A stretch of 57,003 nucleotides of DNA from Bacteroidales bacterium (GCA_041694335.1 JASMTJ010000531.1:1-57003); one strand, 5' to 3'. Shown: positions 26,920-36,834, numbered from the stretch's first letter. Made by a program: numbers and translations. Notes: generated from the letters alone by a model not told the origin.

Positions 26920-27285
26920 TTATCTTTTTTTGCTTTGATATTTTTTCTTTTTCACGCGAAGTGAAAAATAAAGTGCAATAAATATTATCGAAATGTAATA
27001 GAAAGCCTCTACGATATTTTGATAATTGTCAGTCATGAAATGATGATATATTTCGTATGCGCAGATAGCAATAAGCGGCAGGAAGCCGTATTTCTGAAAT
27101 TCGGTATAATTGATGAAAAAAATCGTGATGGTTATCCCGATGAAAGAAGCTGCAAAAAATGCGCTAAGCCACACAGGTGGCTGGTTTGTGATTTGAAAAT
27201 CGATGAGAAACGTAAGGATGAAAAGAACGACTGCACTTTTTAACAAAACATGCAGCGAAGAACTATTCTTGCTTTTTCTGCTCAT
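26920..27285 (-). CDS. Hypothetical small polytopic membrane protein
   Basis: Three or four hydrophobic helices and a Lys-rich C-terminus. No recognisable family. Confidence 0.45.
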   Translation of the reverse strand: MSRKSKNSSSLHVLLKSAVVLFILTFLIDFQITNQPPVWLSAFFAASFIGITITIFFINYTEFQKYGFLPLIAICAYEIYHHFMTDNYQNIVEAFYYISIIFIALYFSLRVKKKKYQSKKR

Positions 27286-27328
27286 AGGTAATTCATTTTA
27301 AGAGAGGCTAAAAATAGTAAATCCTCAT

Positions 27329-27363
27329 AAAACAAACAATGCCTGATTTTAAATCAGGCATTG
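27329..27363 (-). terminator. Rho-independent terminator after trpS
   Basis: A 13-bp stem CAATGCCTGATTT/AAATCAGGCATTG is followed by TTTGTTTT on the minus strand. Confidence 0.7.
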
Positions 27364-27399
27364 CTTTATGTATTTCAGAAAAAGTAAAAACTTAAAAGT

Positions 27400-28395
27400 T
27401 TAGAAGGGCCTGATACCAATGGTTTCTCTTACTTCCTTTAAAGTTTTTGAAGCGTTTTCTCTTGCTTTTTCAGCTCCTTGCTTTACCACCTGGCTCAGAT
27501 AGGCTTCGTCAGCAGCAATAGCTTTGATCTTTTCACGGAATGGTTCGGTGAATTTTGTCATATCCTCAGCCAGTTGCTTTTTCATGTCGCCATAACGGAT
27601 TTCGCAGGCATTATATTTCTCTTCAAAAAACTTCAGGGTGTCTTCGGCAGACACCACTTCCATCAGCTTAAACAAATTTTGAATGTAGTCAGGTTTTTCC
27701 TGGTTAGGTGCTGTAGGGCCGCTGTCGGTAACTGCCTTCATAATTTTCTTTTTGATGGCCTTGGGCTCATCGCCAAGATAGATGGCATTCATTTCGCCTT
27801 CCGATTTTCCCATTTTTCCTGAACCGTCGAGCCCGGGAATTTTAACCAGGGCCTCACCAAAATTGTAAGGTGCCGGAACCGGGAATACCTCTTTGTCATA
27901 CATCCTGTTAAAGCGGCGGGTGAAGGTGCGGATCATCTCCAGGTTCTGTTCCTGGTCTTTCCCTACGGGTACTTTCGAAGCCCTGTGGATAATAACATCC
28001 GCAGCCATGAGCGTAGGGTAAGTCAACAACCCGGCATTTACATTATTGGGCTGTTTTCTGGCTTTTTCCTTAAAAGATGTTACCCGTTGCAATTCGCCCA
28101 GGTAGGCATTCATGTTGAGCAAAAGGTAAAGCTCCGTAACTTCCGGAACATCGCTTTGAACGTAAAGCGTGGCTTTATCAGGATCAAGGCCGGCAGCCAG
28201 GTATTCAGCCAGCACCTGGCGCACGTGCCCATGCAGGTCATCAGGTGTTGGATGTGTGGTTAACGAGTGATAATCGGCAATGAAAAAATAGCAATTATCT
28301 TCATTTTGCATGCGAACAAAATTCTTGATAGCACCAAAATAATTACCGAGATGAAGATTGCCTGTTGGCCTGATGCCGCTGACAACAGTTTCCAT
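27400..28395 (-). CDS. trpS: Tryptophan--tRNA ligase
   Basis: HIGH-type motif TGNLHLGNY, KMSKS-type motif GKMGKSEG. 331 aa. Confidence 0.92.
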   Translation of the reverse strand: METVVSGIRPTGNLHLGNYFGAIKNFVRMQNEDNCYFFIADYHSLTTHPTPDDLHGHVRQVLAEYLAAGLDPDKATLYVQSDVPEVTELYLLLNMNAYLGELQRVTSFKEKARKQPNNVNAGLLTYPTLMAADVIIHRASKVPVGKDQEQNLEMIRTFTRRFNRMYDKEVFPVPAPYNFGEALVKIPGLDGSGKMGKSEGEMNAIYLGDEPKAIKKKIMKAVTDSGPTAPNQEKPDYIQNLFKLMEVVSAEDTLKFFEEKYNACEIRYGDMKKQLAEDMTKFTEPFREKIKAIAADEAYLSQVVKQGAEKARENASKTLKEVRETIGIRPF

Positions 28396-28423
28396 ACTAA
28401 TTTCTTTTTAAGTTAATACACTG

Positions 28424-29974
28424 TTACATCTTGATTTCATCGTCGTTTTTATTGAAAAAATGATACTCCAGGAAATGATATGAAGGCATAGGCACGATGC
28501 GTACCCAACGTTTAAACTGCATGTACCATTTCACCTGAATCGATTTCAGTCCTTTTTTCAGATACGCATTGATGTAAGGATGAACCATAAGGGTCAGCTT
28601 ACTTTCGTTCTGGTCCTGGATCAGGTAACGGAGATTCTTTTCAATATCGTCGACCAGCAGGATGGAGGAGCGTGCTTCTCCTGAGCCGCGGCATACCGGG
28701 CATTTTTCCAGCACTTGTATTTCCATTTCCGGTCGGACGCGCTGACGTGTGATTTGCACCAGTCCAAACTTGCTCGGGGGCAGAATGGTGTGCTTGGCCG
28801 AATCTTTGTCCATCACTTTTTTAAGATGGTCGAAAAGTTTGCGACGGTTTGCACCCTGGTGCATATCGATGAAGTCAACAACGATGATGCCGCCCATATC
28901 GCGTAAGCGGAGCTGCCGGGCGATTTCTTCTGCAGCTTCCAGATTAACTTCCAGGGCATTTTGCTCCTGGTTATTCTTTTTGTTGACACGGTGCCCGCTG
29001 TTCACGTCGATAACGTGCAGGGCTTCCGTGTGCTCGATGATGAGATATATCCCACTACGGATAGTGACAATCTTACCGAAGGAATTTTTTATCTGCTTGT
29101 CGATGCCAAAATGCTCATAAATGGGTGCTTTCCCCTTATACAGCTTGACGATGTCCATTTTCTCGGGAGCTATCTGTTGCAGATAGTTCCGGGTGTCATC
29201 ATAAATATCCGGACTATTGGTGTGGATATTATTGAACGTTTCGTTGAGCATGTCTCTGAGAATGACTGTTGCTCTGTCGAGTTCGCTGATGATCTTCTGT
29301 GGTGCCTTAGCTGTTTTGAGTGTTTTGGTGGCACTGTTCCATTTGTTGAGCAGGTGATTCAGATCCGCGTGAAGGTCGGCCACTTTTTTGCTTTCGGCGA
29401 CGGTGCGGATGATGATACCTACGTTTTTTGGAGCGATACTTTGAATGAGTCTTTTAAGACGTTTTCGCTCTTCACTATCCTTGATTTTCTGCGAAATGGA
29501 TATTTTGTTGGAAAACGGTACAAGTACAATATATCTTCCTGCAAAGGAGATTTCAGAAGATATTCTCGGCCCTTTGGTTGAGATTGGCTCTTTAGCAACT
29601 TGTACGAGAATTTGCTGGCCCGGATCAAGTACTTCGGTAATTTTACCGGTTTTTACAATGTCTTTTTCCAGTTTGAATTTTTCAATGTTCAACTGGTTAT
29701 AACGTCCGGCCATGGCCCACTTGGTGTATTTGTGCAAGGAGCGCACCTGTGGCCCTAAATCCAGATAATGAAGAAAAGCATCTTTTTCATAACCTACATC
29801 CACGAAAGCAGCATTTAGCCCGGGCATGATTTTTTTTACCTTGCCCAGATAAATGTCACCCACCGCAAAGCTGTGGTCATGACGATCTTTATTAAGTTCA
29901 ACAAGCTTTTTATCCTCCAGTAATGCTATATCAACTTCCGATGAACGAGCATCAATGATAAGTTCTTTGTCCAC
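28424..29974 (-). CDS. rng: Ribonuclease G/E family endoribonuclease
   Basis: S1 domain GDIYLGKVKKIMPGLNAAFVDVG, the catalytic core (IDVNSG..., GGIIVVDFIDM) and the Zn-link CPVCRGSG. Confidence 0.9.
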   Translation of the reverse strand: MDKELIIDARSSEVDIALLEDKKLVELNKDRHDHSFAVGDIYLGKVKKIMPGLNAAFVDVGYEKDAFLHYLDLGPQVRSLHKYTKWAMAGRYNQLNIEKFKLEKDIVKTGKITEVLDPGQQILVQVAKEPISTKGPRISSEISFAGRYIVLVPFSNKISISQKIKDSEERKRLKRLIQSIAPKNVGIIIRTVAESKKVADLHADLNHLLNKWNSATKTLKTAKAPQKIISELDRATVILRDMLNETFNNIHTNSPDIYDDTRNYLQQIAPEKMDIVKLYKGKAPIYEHFGIDKQIKNSFGKIVTIRSGIYLIIEHTEALHVIDVNSGHRVNKKNNQEQNALEVNLEAAEEIARQLRLRDMGGIIVVDFIDMHQGANRRKLFDHLKKVMDKDSAKHTILPPSKFGLVQITRQRVRPEMEIQVLEKCPVCRGSGEARSSILLVDDIEKNLRYLIQDQNESKLTLMVHPYINAYLKKGLKSIQVKWYMQFKRWVRIVPMPSYHFLEYHFFNKNDDEIKM

Positions 29975-29994
29975 AATAATTTATTTTTTTATAG

Positions 29995-30002
29995 CAAAAC
30001 TA
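29995..30002 (-). promoter_or_regulatory. -7 box TAGTTTTG for rng
   Basis: The minus strand reads TAGTTTTG, about 21 nt upstream of the ATG at 29974. Confidence 0.45.
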
Positions 30003-30031
30003 TTCACTGGAGAGACTGAATAATTTGGATA

Positions 30032-30069
30032 GAAAACGAAGCATAATGCGGCTTAAAAACCGCATTATG
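30032..30069 (-). terminator. Terminator hairpin after the bS22-like gene
   Basis: A 10-bp stem CATAATGCGG/CCGCATTATG is followed by CTTCGTTTTC on the minus strand. The T-run is weak. Confidence 0.5.
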
Positions 30070-30074
30070 ACTAT

Positions 30075-30164
30075 TTACTTCTTCTTATGTCTGTTTTTTC
30101 TCAGGCGCTTTTTGCGCTTGTGAGTCGACATCTTTGTTCTTTTTTTCTTTTTACCGCTTGGCAT
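30075..30164 (-). CDS. 29-aa highly basic ribosomal protein, bS22-like (too short for the ORF track)
   Basis: Manual translation gives MPSGKKKKRTKMSTHKRKKRLRKNRHKKK*. It matches my memory of the Bacteroidota/actinobacterial bS22 type peptide (..KMxTHKRKKRLRKNRHKKK). It lies between hup and rng with its own terminator. Confidence 0.7.
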   Translation of the reverse strand: MPSGKKKKRTKMSTHKRKKRLRKNRHKKK

Positions 30165-30185
30165 ATGTGACTCTTCCTTTAAATG

Positions 30186-30470
30186 TTACTTAACTTTGTC
30201 TTTTACGTCGTTGATGAAACCTTTAGAAGGCTTGAAAGAAGGAATATTGTGTGCAGGAATAGTAATTGTTGTGTTTTTAGAAATATTTCTTCCTGTCTTT
30301 TCTGCACGATGCTTAATGATAAAGCTTCCAAAACCTCTCAGGTACACGTTGTCACCATTAACAAGCGATTCTTTAATTGTTTCCATGAATGATTCTACTG
30401 TTGCCTGTACTGCAACTTTTTCAATCCCTGTCTTGTTAGATATTTCAGCTACAACTTCTGCTTTTGTCAT
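30186..30470 (-). CDS. HU family DNA-binding protein
   Basis: MTKAEVVAEISNKTGIEK...VYLRGFGSFIIKHRAEKTGRNISKNTTITIPAHNIPSFKPSK shows the classical HU/IHF arm. Confidence 0.9.
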   Translation of the reverse strand: MTKAEVVAEISNKTGIEKVAVQATVESFMETIKESLVNGDNVYLRGFGSFIIKHRAEKTGRNISKNTTITIPAHNIPSFKPSKGFINDVKDKVK

Positions 30471-30514
30471 GATTATTCGTTTATAGTTTTGATTTTTAGA
30501 TTTCTAATGGGCTG

Positions 30515-30522
30515 CAAATATA
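30515..30522 (-). promoter_or_regulatory. -7 box TATATTTG for the HU gene
   Basis: The minus strand reads TATATTTG, about 45 nt upstream of the ATG at 30470. Confidence 0.5.
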
Positions 30523-30570
30523 ATCGTTTTTTTTAAACACTAAAATATTAATGACTAAAAATTCGCCTAA

Positions 30571-31674
30571 ATGGCTCAAAATAAAATTGTTTATAAGAGG
30601 GGTGGTGCAATGATTGATAAGCTGAGAAGCTGGTATGAGCAGCATAAAAGAGACTTGCCCTGGAGAAATACTACCGACCCGTATAAGATTTGGGTGTCGG
30701 AAATCATTCTTCAGCAAACCAGGGTGGATCAAGGATTGAATTATTATTTCCGGTTCATTGAGAAGTTTCCGGATGTGAGCACGTTGGCGCGGGCTGCCGA
30801 AAATGACGTGCTGGTGCTTTGGCAGGGGCTGGGGTATTATTCGAGGGCGCGAAACATGCATGCAGCTGCCAGGCAGATCCTGAATGAGTTTGGCGGAAAG
30901 TTTCCGGATAACTATAAAGCTTTGCTTGAGCTTAAAGGGATAGGGCCATACACGGCTGCGGCCATTGCCTCTTTTGCTTTCGGGGAAGTGAAACCTGCCA
31001 TCGACGGCAATGTAAACCGTGTGATATCGCGCTTGTTTTTGGTGGAGCAAGCTGTCAACAAGAGCCCCGGACAAAAAACCATTGAACAAATATCCCGGAA
31101 AATAATTCCTCCTTCTGATCCGGCAACATATAACCAGGCCATGATGGAGTTTGGCGCACTGCAATGTGTGCCGCTTAATCCGGATTGTGATATTTGTCCA
31201 CTGAAAAATGAATGTTTAGCTTATAAGGAAGGTAAAGTGGGTCTGCTTCCAGTAAAAGTAAAAAAGAAAGCTCCAAAACCACGATACCTTAATTATCTGG
31301 TGATTGAAGACGAGGATAGCGGGAAAGTTATCCTGACAAAGCGGAAAAACCAGAAGGATATTTGGTATAACTTGTTTGAGTTTCCGTTAATTGAGTCGGA
31401 TCAGGAACTGGACGCAGAGAAACTCGTAGCTTGCGGGGAAATAGAAAAATGGCTTGGCAAGAGCGAATTCAGCTTGAAATCAGAACCGGTACATAAAAAG
31501 CATCAGCTCAGTCATCAAACCCTGCATGCTTATTTCTGGAGAATTAGAACAAAGGTGAAGCTTTTAAAGGTTAACAGTCATGATTCTGTAATTAACCATG
31601 CGGATAGCCTCGAAAAATATCCGCTTCCACGCCTGATTTCAGCTTTTGCCGAAGAAAATTTGAACAATTATTAA
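30571..31674 (+). CDS. mutY: A/G-specific adenine DNA glycosylase
   Basis: RDLPWR, ILQQTRV, HhH-GPD LKGIGPYTAAAI, the FeS loop CVPLNPDCDICPLKNEC, and a C-terminal NUDIX-like domain. The start could instead be the internal Met at 30610. Confidence 0.9.
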   Translation: MAQNKIVYKRGGAMIDKLRSWYEQHKRDLPWRNTTDPYKIWVSEIILQQTRVDQGLNYYFRFIEKFPDVSTLARAAENDVLVLWQGLGYYSRARNMHAAARQILNEFGGKFPDNYKALLELKGIGPYTAAAIASFAFGEVKPAIDGNVNRVISRLFLVEQAVNKSPGQKTIEQISRKIIPPSDPATYNQAMMEFGALQCVPLNPDCDICPLKNECLAYKEGKVGLLPVKVKKKAPKPRYLNYLVIEDEDSGKVILTKRKNQKDIWYNLFEFPLIESDQELDAEKLVACGEIEKWLGKSEFSLKSEPVHKKHQLSHQTLHAYFWRIRTKVKLLKVNSHDSVINHADSLEKYPLPRLISAFAEENLNNY

Positions 31675-31714
31675 AAAACTTTTGCTTTTGTTGGAATAAT
31701 TAAAAAAACTAGTG

Positions 31715-31722
31715 TATATTTG
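31715..31722 (+). promoter_or_regulatory. -7 box TATATTTG for ssb
   Basis: Plus strand, 36 nt upstream of the ATG at 31758. Confidence 0.5.
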
Positions 31723-31757
31723 ATGTATTCATACAATAACCAAAAATCAAACTATTT

Positions 31758-32204
31758 ATGGCAAATGGAGTAAATAAAGTTATTCTGATTGGAAATCTGG
31801 GAGCTGACCCCGAAATCAAGAATTTTGACAGCGGCACTGTCCTGGCTCGAATCAGAATTGCTACTACCGAAACGTATCGCGATCGCGATGGCAATCGTCA
31901 GGATCGTACAGAATGGCACAATGTAGTATTGTGGCAGCGATTAGCTGAGGTTGCAGAGAAGTATCTTAAAAAAGGCGACCAGGTTTATATTGAAGGAAGC
32001 CTCAGAACGCGTTCTTATGAGCAGGAAGGTGTTACAAAATATGTTACTGAAATCATAGGAAACAGTATGACTATGCTAGGCTCGCGCGGAGGCGGATCAG
32101 GCCAACAGTCATCTCAACAGCAGTCACAGATGAAAGATCAGGGCTCTACAGCACAGGAGCCGGCTGCCGATGCGCCGGATCCGGAAGATGATCTCCCGTT
32201 TTAG
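31758..32204 (+). CDS. ssb: Single-stranded DNA-binding protein
   Basis: NKVILIGNLGADPE OB fold, a Gly/Gln-rich linker and the acidic tip DDLPF. Confidence 0.95.
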   Translation: MANGVNKVILIGNLGADPEIKNFDSGTVLARIRIATTETYRDRDGNRQDRTEWHNVVLWQRLAEVAEKYLKKGDQVYIEGSLRTRSYEQEGVTKYVTEIIGNSMTMLGSRGGGSGQQSSQQQSQMKDQGSTAQEPAADAPDPEDDLPF

Positions 32205-32234
32205 AGAAACGATGATTTGATTAATTTAAAATGT

Positions 32235-32269
32235 GGGTTGAATTTCTTAGTGATTTTCAACCCTTTTTT
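32235..32269 (+). terminator. Rho-independent terminator after ssb
   Basis: The stem GGGTTGAA/TTCAACCC is followed by TTTTTT. Confidence 0.7.
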
Positions 32270-32285
32270 GTTCATGAAAAAGAGT

Positions 32286-32293
32286 TATTTTTG
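32286..32293 (+). promoter_or_regulatory. -7 box TATTTTTG for gldE
   Basis: Plus strand, 26 nt upstream of the TTG start at 32319. Confidence 0.45.
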
Positions 32294-32318
32294 CACCAGG
32301 ACATTAAAATAGACAGCT

Positions 32319-33674
32319 TTGGAAGATCCTGTTCCTTTACAGGCTTTAAGTATTGATTTAACTGAGCCTTTCCTGAAATCATTTACCCCGGAACTAATAC
32401 CGGGGATAGCCATCATGATTTTGTTACTTTTATTATCAGGACTGATATCCGGTTCTGAGGTGGCTTTTTTCTCGCTTTCACCACGACAGCTGAAAGAAAT
32501 CCGCACCAAAAAGGGTGCGAAGAACCGGCAAATCGTCAGGTTGCTGGAGCGGCCCAAAAGGCTGCTGGCAACTATCCTGATTTCAAACAATTTTGTGAAC
32601 GTGGCTATTGTGATGGTCTCGTCGTTCGTTTTATCAAGCCTATTCAATTTGAATGAATTTCCTGTACTGGCCTTTTTGGTGCAGGTGGTTTTGGTGACCT
32701 CCTTATTGCTTATTTTTGGTGAAATCATCCCCAAGATGCTGGCTACGCAGAATGCTATGCGCTTTGCTGTGATGATGGCCTTGCCGGTAAACACTTTGCT
32801 CAAAGTTTTTTACCAGTTCAGTTCGCTATTGGTATATTCTACAAGGGTCATTGATAAACGCGTCAGTAATAAAGGTTACGATATTTCGATCAACGATATT
32901 TCGCAGGCTATTGATATCGCATCGGGCGAAGAGGAGCAGGAGAAAGAGAAGAAAATCCTGAAAGGGATTGTAAATTTCAGCGATACTTCCGTAAAAGAGA
33001 TTATGAAAAGCCGCGTGGATGTGGTGGCCCTGGATAAGGAATCCTCTTTTGAGGAGGTGCTGAAAACGGTCCTTGATTCAGGATACTCCCGGATTCCGGT
33101 GTATGAGGAAAATTTTGACCAGATACAGGGAATATTATATGTGAAGGATCTGTTACCTCATATTGACGACGGAGAATATGCATGGCAGTCGAATTTACGG
33201 TCAGCTTTTTATGTTCCGGAAAACAAACCGATTAGTGACCTGCTCAAGGAGTTTCAGAGTGAAAAAATCCATCTGGCCATTGTGGTGGATGAATATGGAG
33301 GGACTTCCGGAATTGTGACCCTGGAGGATATTATCGAAGAGATTGTAGGAGAAATCAACGATGAGTTTGATAGTGCCGATGAGGCTGACCATCATAAAAT
33401 AGATAGGTACAACTACGAGTTTGAAGCAAAAACTCCACTCAACGACTTTTGCAAGATTATAGGTATAGAAATCAGTCACTTCGATGAGTACAGGGGGGAA
33501 TCAGACACCTTAGCCGGACTCATTCTTGAACATGAGGGCGTTATTCCTGCAAAAGGTCATCATATTAAAATCGATGGTTTTACGTTCACTATTCAGGAAG
33601 TAGATTCAAGAAGGATTGTAAAACTAAAAGTAACCATTGATGATAAGGAATTACTGGAGCATGAAGAAAATTAG
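32319..33674 (+). CDS. gldE: Gliding motility-associated protein GldE (DUF21 + CBS pair + CorC/HlyC domains)
   Basis: Apparent TTG start; the first ATG would truncate the first TM helix. DUF21 TM region, a CBS pair ([11 protein letters not shown]..., [25 protein letters not shown]) and a CorC_HlyC tail. The synteny mutY-ssb-gldE-gldD matches the Flavobacterium johnsoniae locus. Confidence 0.8.
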   Translation: MEDPVPLQALSIDLTEPFLKSFTPELIPGIAIMILLLLLSGLISGSEVAFFSLSPRQLKEIRTKKGAKNRQIVRLLERPKRLLATILISNNFVNVAIVMVSSFVLSSLFNLNEFPVLAFLVQVVLVTSLLLIFGEIIPKMLATQNAMRFAVMMALPVNTLLKVFYQFSSLLVYSTRVIDKRVSNKGYDISINDISQAIDIASGEEEQEKEKKILKGIVNFSDTSVKEIMKSRVDVVALDKESSFEEVLKTVLDSGYSRIPVYEENFDQIQGILYVKDLLPHIDDGEYAWQSNLRSAFYVPENKPISDLLKEFQSEKIHLAIVVDEYGGTSGIVTLEDIIEEIVGEINDEFDSADEADHHKIDRYNYEFEAKTPLNDFCKIIGIEISHFDEYRGESDTLAGLILEHEGVIPAKGHHIKIDGFTFTIQEVDSRRIVKLKVTIDDKELLEHEEN

Positions 33675-34239
33675 CCCATTGCTATTCGCGTTTCTCATTT
33701 TGGCGGCATCGTGTCAAAATGACCACTCACCTAAACCCCGGGGATATTTCAGGATAGATCTTCCGGAGCGGGAATACCAGGCTTTTGATACCAACTATCC
33801 GTTTACTTTTGAATATCCGGCTTATGCTGAAATTCAAACAAAAGGGCCTAACCTGAATAATCCTTACTGGTTTAACCTGCATTATCCGGATTTTGATGGG
33901 ACCATCTACTTTTCATACAAGCGGGTGAAAGGAAACTTGGCAACACTGATAAATGACAGTCATGAATTTGTAGGTAAGCACCTTTCAAAAGCTTCTGCGG
34001 TTGACGAGCGGGTTGTTATGGACCGGGAGGCTGAAAAGTTTGGGTTGATTTTTGAAATAGATGGGGCAGAAACCGCTTCGCCTTACCAGTTTTTTCTTAC
34101 AGATAGTGTTAACCACTTTGTGAGGGGTGCCCTTTATTTTAACAACAGGCCAAACAACGATTCGCTCAGGCCTGTCATTAGCTTCGTTGAACAGGATATT
34201 GAGCACTTCATCAGGACGTTTAATTGGAAAGAGCAATAA
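33661..34239 (+). CDS. gldD: Gliding motility lipoprotein GldD
   Basis: Start trimmed to [19 protein letters not shown] (lipobox) followed by PKPRGYFRIDLPEREY. Overlaps the gldE 3' end by 14 nt. Confidence 0.75.
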   Translation: MKKISPLLFAFLILAASCQNDHSPKPRGYFRIDLPEREYQAFDTNYPFTFEYPAYAEIQTKGPNLNNPYWFNLHYPDFDGTIYFSYKRVKGNLATLINDSHEFVGKHLSKASAVDERVVMDREAEKFGLIFEIDGAETASPYQFFLTDSVNHFVRGALYFNNRPNNDSLRPVISFVEQDIEHFIRTFNWKEQ

Positions 34240-34417
34240 TTTCGTTTGCAACGTTTTATATCCCCTGTCTGTCTTCTATCATATGAAATTATAAAAACCT
34301 GGTTCCATAAGTATTATTACTTTTGAAGCTAAAACTCAGTGATTTTTAAATTACAACACCGAAGAATCAGTAATGAAGAAAATAAGCCTATTTTAGAATA
34401 ATCAGAATAAACTACAC

Positions 34418-36775
34418 ATGAAAAACTATCTACTTTCCTTTCTAATTTTATTATTATCGCTGAGCCTGGTTGCTCAGCAAGATGTTTATAAACGAGTGTC
34501 CATTGATTTGAGCCAGGTATCACTTGAGCAACTTGCTAAAGCAGGACTGCCTATCGATGCAGGTAATTTGCAATCTAAAGATACTTTTGTGGGCGAATTC
34601 AGCAGTGCTGAACTGCAGCGCTTGTCAGAAAAGGGTATTCAATACGAGGTAATGATTGAAGACGTTTCCTCGTTTTATGCCAGCCGCAGTCAGCAAGTTA
34701 CAGAGGCGCAAATCAGGCAGGCTGCTCAGCAAATGGACGTGCCCATCCCGGAAGGGTTCAACCTTGGAACGATGGGTGGTTTTCTCACTTATGATGAGAT
34801 GCTTGCCGAGCTGGATACCATGCTTATGGACTATCCGGAGCTGATTTCTGAAAAAGCGCCTATGCACGATGAATTGACTTCTATTGAAGGACGCCCTTTA
34901 TACTTTGTTCGCCTTTCAGATAATCCGAACACCGACGAAGATGAGCCTGAGGTATTTTATACCGGCATGCACCATGCCCGGGAGCCGGGCGGAATGATGG
35001 CCCTGATTTTTTACATGTATCACCTGCTTGAAAACTATGATACAGATCCGGAAATACAACAACTGGTGAATGAAACCGAAATGTATTTTGCCCCTTGTGT
35101 CAATCCGGATGGCTATCTTTATAACCAGGAAACAGATCCTAATGGGGGCGGTATGTGGCGAAAAAATCGCCGGAACAATGGAAACGGGTCGTATGGCGTT
35201 GACTTAAACAGGAATTACGGATACCAGTGGGGTTATGACAATTCAGGGTCTTCAGGCAATCCCTGGGATGCCACCTATCGCGGAGAGGCACCTTTTTCTG
35301 AGCCGGAAACGCAAATCCTTAAAGAGTTTTGCGAAAATCATGAATTTGGAATTGCCATTAATTTTCACTCATACAGTAACCTGTTGCTTTATACATGGGG
35401 CTGGACGGATGAGCCTTGTGAAGATGATGAATTGCTTTATTCCTATGCCGAACAGATGACACAGGATAACAATTATACTTTTGGCCCGGGAAGCACAACC
35501 ATCTATCCTACCAACGGAGGTTCCGATGACTGGATGTATGGTGAGCAGGAAACCAAGAATAAGATTCTGGCCTTCACTCCTGAAATAGGTAGTTCGTCTG
35601 ATGGCTTTTGGCCTTCGCCTGATCGCATCATTCCTCATTGTCAGGAAAATCTTTTAACCAATATTCTGGCGGCTAAATTTGTGGGTGCCTATGCCGCTGC
35701 CTATGATCAGGAGGCCACGATTATCGGGGAAACCGAAGGGTATCTGAATTTTGATGTTAAACGCCTTGGACTTACCGACGGAGCAACGTATACTGTGGGT
35801 GTCGAGGCGGTTTCAGATAACTTTGCTTCCATCGCCGACCCGGTTGCATTTGACGGAATGGAGTTGATGGAAACACGCTCCGATTCTATTGCATACGCTT
35901 TTACAGATGATATTCTTAGCGGAGATTCCATTCAATATGTATTGTCGGTCGATAATGGTTCAAGTGTAAGCAGCGACACCCTGACAAAGATTTTTGGTGT
36001 GCCCGAAACGATTTACGAAAACGAGATTGATGGTTTGGATGGCTTTGATAATTCAGGATGGGGGTTTACGACCGAAAACTTTGTGAGTGAGCCTCACAGC
36101 ATCACCGACAGCCCGAACACCAATTACAGCAACAACGAATACTCCACCATCATGGCTGAGGATACTATTGACCTCTCGGATGCCGCTTTTGCTGAACTGA
36201 CCTTTAAAGCCACCTGGGAAATTGAATCGGGATACGATTATGTTCAAGTACAGGCATCTACTAATTACGGCGTCACTTTCAGCCCTCTTGCCGGAAATTA
36301 TACGGTAACAGGAACATCATACCAGGAAGAAGGAGAGCCGGTTTATGATGGCATGCAAGCAGATTGGGTTACGGAAAATATTTCACTGGCCGATTACCTC
36401 GGTGAAGAAATAATGATTCGGTTTGTATTTGGTTCTGACCTGGGGGTAACTGAAGATGGATTTTATTTTGATGATCTGATGGTGGATGTAGTGAGCCAGA
36501 CAGGAACCAGCATTGATTATCACCTCAGTGACTTTGTGAGCGTAAAAGCATATCCAAATCCTGCAAAAGAGACGGTTACATTTGAAGTGAATAACAGCTA
36601 CAAGGCCGGGGAGCTTACTTTGCGTGATGTTAGCGGCAATGTTTTAAGAAGCTGGAAGATGGATTCTTCTAAGCGGTCTTTTAATGTATCTGATATTCCA
36701 TCAGGCATGTATTTTTACTCTGTAAAACTTGATGCCAGCGAATCAGAAATTCACGGGAAAATAGTTATTGAATAG
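34418..36775 (+). CDS. M14 family zinc carboxypeptidase with a T9SS C-terminal sorting domain
   Basis: Signal peptide. M14 motifs YTGMHHAREPGG and ...NFHSYSNLLLY... C-terminal domain VKAYPNPAKETVTFEV...IPSGMYFYSVK...GKIVIE. Confidence 0.8.
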   Translation: MKNYLLSFLILLLSLSLVAQQDVYKRVSIDLSQVSLEQLAKAGLPIDAGNLQSKDTFVGEFSSAELQRLSEKGIQYEVMIEDVSSFYASRSQQVTEAQIRQAAQQMDVPIPEGFNLGTMGGFLTYDEMLAELDTMLMDYPELISEKAPMHDELTSIEGRPLYFVRLSDNPNTDEDEPEVFYTGMHHAREPGGMMALIFYMYHLLENYDTDPEIQQLVNETEMYFAPCVNPDGYLYNQETDPNGGGMWRKNRRNNGNGSYGVDLNRNYGYQWGYDNSGSSGNPWDATYRGEAPFSEPETQILKEFCENHEFGIAINFHSYSNLLLYTWGWTDEPCEDDELLYSYAEQMTQDNNYTFGPGSTTIYPTNGGSDDWMYGEQETKNKILAFTPEIGSSSDGFWPSPDRIIPHCQENLLTNILAAKFVGAYAAAYDQEATIIGETEGYLNFDVKRLGLTDGATYTVGVEAVSDNFASIADPVAFDGMELMETRSDSIAYAFTDDILSGDSIQYVLSVDNGSSVSSDTLTKIFGVPETIYENEIDGLDGFDNSGWGFTTENFVSEPHSITDSPNTNYSNNEYSTIMAEDTIDLSDAAFAELTFKATWEIESGYDYVQVQASTNYGVTFSPLAGNYTVTGTSYQEEGEPVYDGMQADWVTENISLADYLGEEIMIRFVFGSDLGVTEDGFYFDDLMVDVVSQTGTSIDYHLSDFVSVKAYPNPAKETVTFEVNNSYKAGELTLRDVSGNVLRSWKMDSSKRSFNVSDIPSGMYFYSVKLDASESEIHGKIVIE

Positions 36776-36784
36776 ACTTTTTAA

Positions 36785-36834
36785 GAGGCTGTCTGGATAA
36801 CCTAAGCGAAACAGGTTTTACAGGCAGCCTTTTA
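36785..36834 (+). terminator. Probable terminator after the carboxypeptidase gene
   Basis: A 10-nt stem AGGCTGTCTG/CAGGCAGCCT with one mismatch is followed by TTTTAAG. Confidence 0.45.

Noticed and set aside
30496-31164. 222-aa minus-strand ORF inside mutY. Similar long antisense ORFs occur at 32285-32803, 28961-29581, 25452-26048, 21604-22227, 20962-21546, 9071-9622, 8583-9074, 6568-7059 and 56388-56744.
   Set aside because: All lie entirely antisense to genes with strong family motifs. They have Arg/Ser/Leu-rich shadow composition and no motifs of their own, so I treat them as shadow ORFs.
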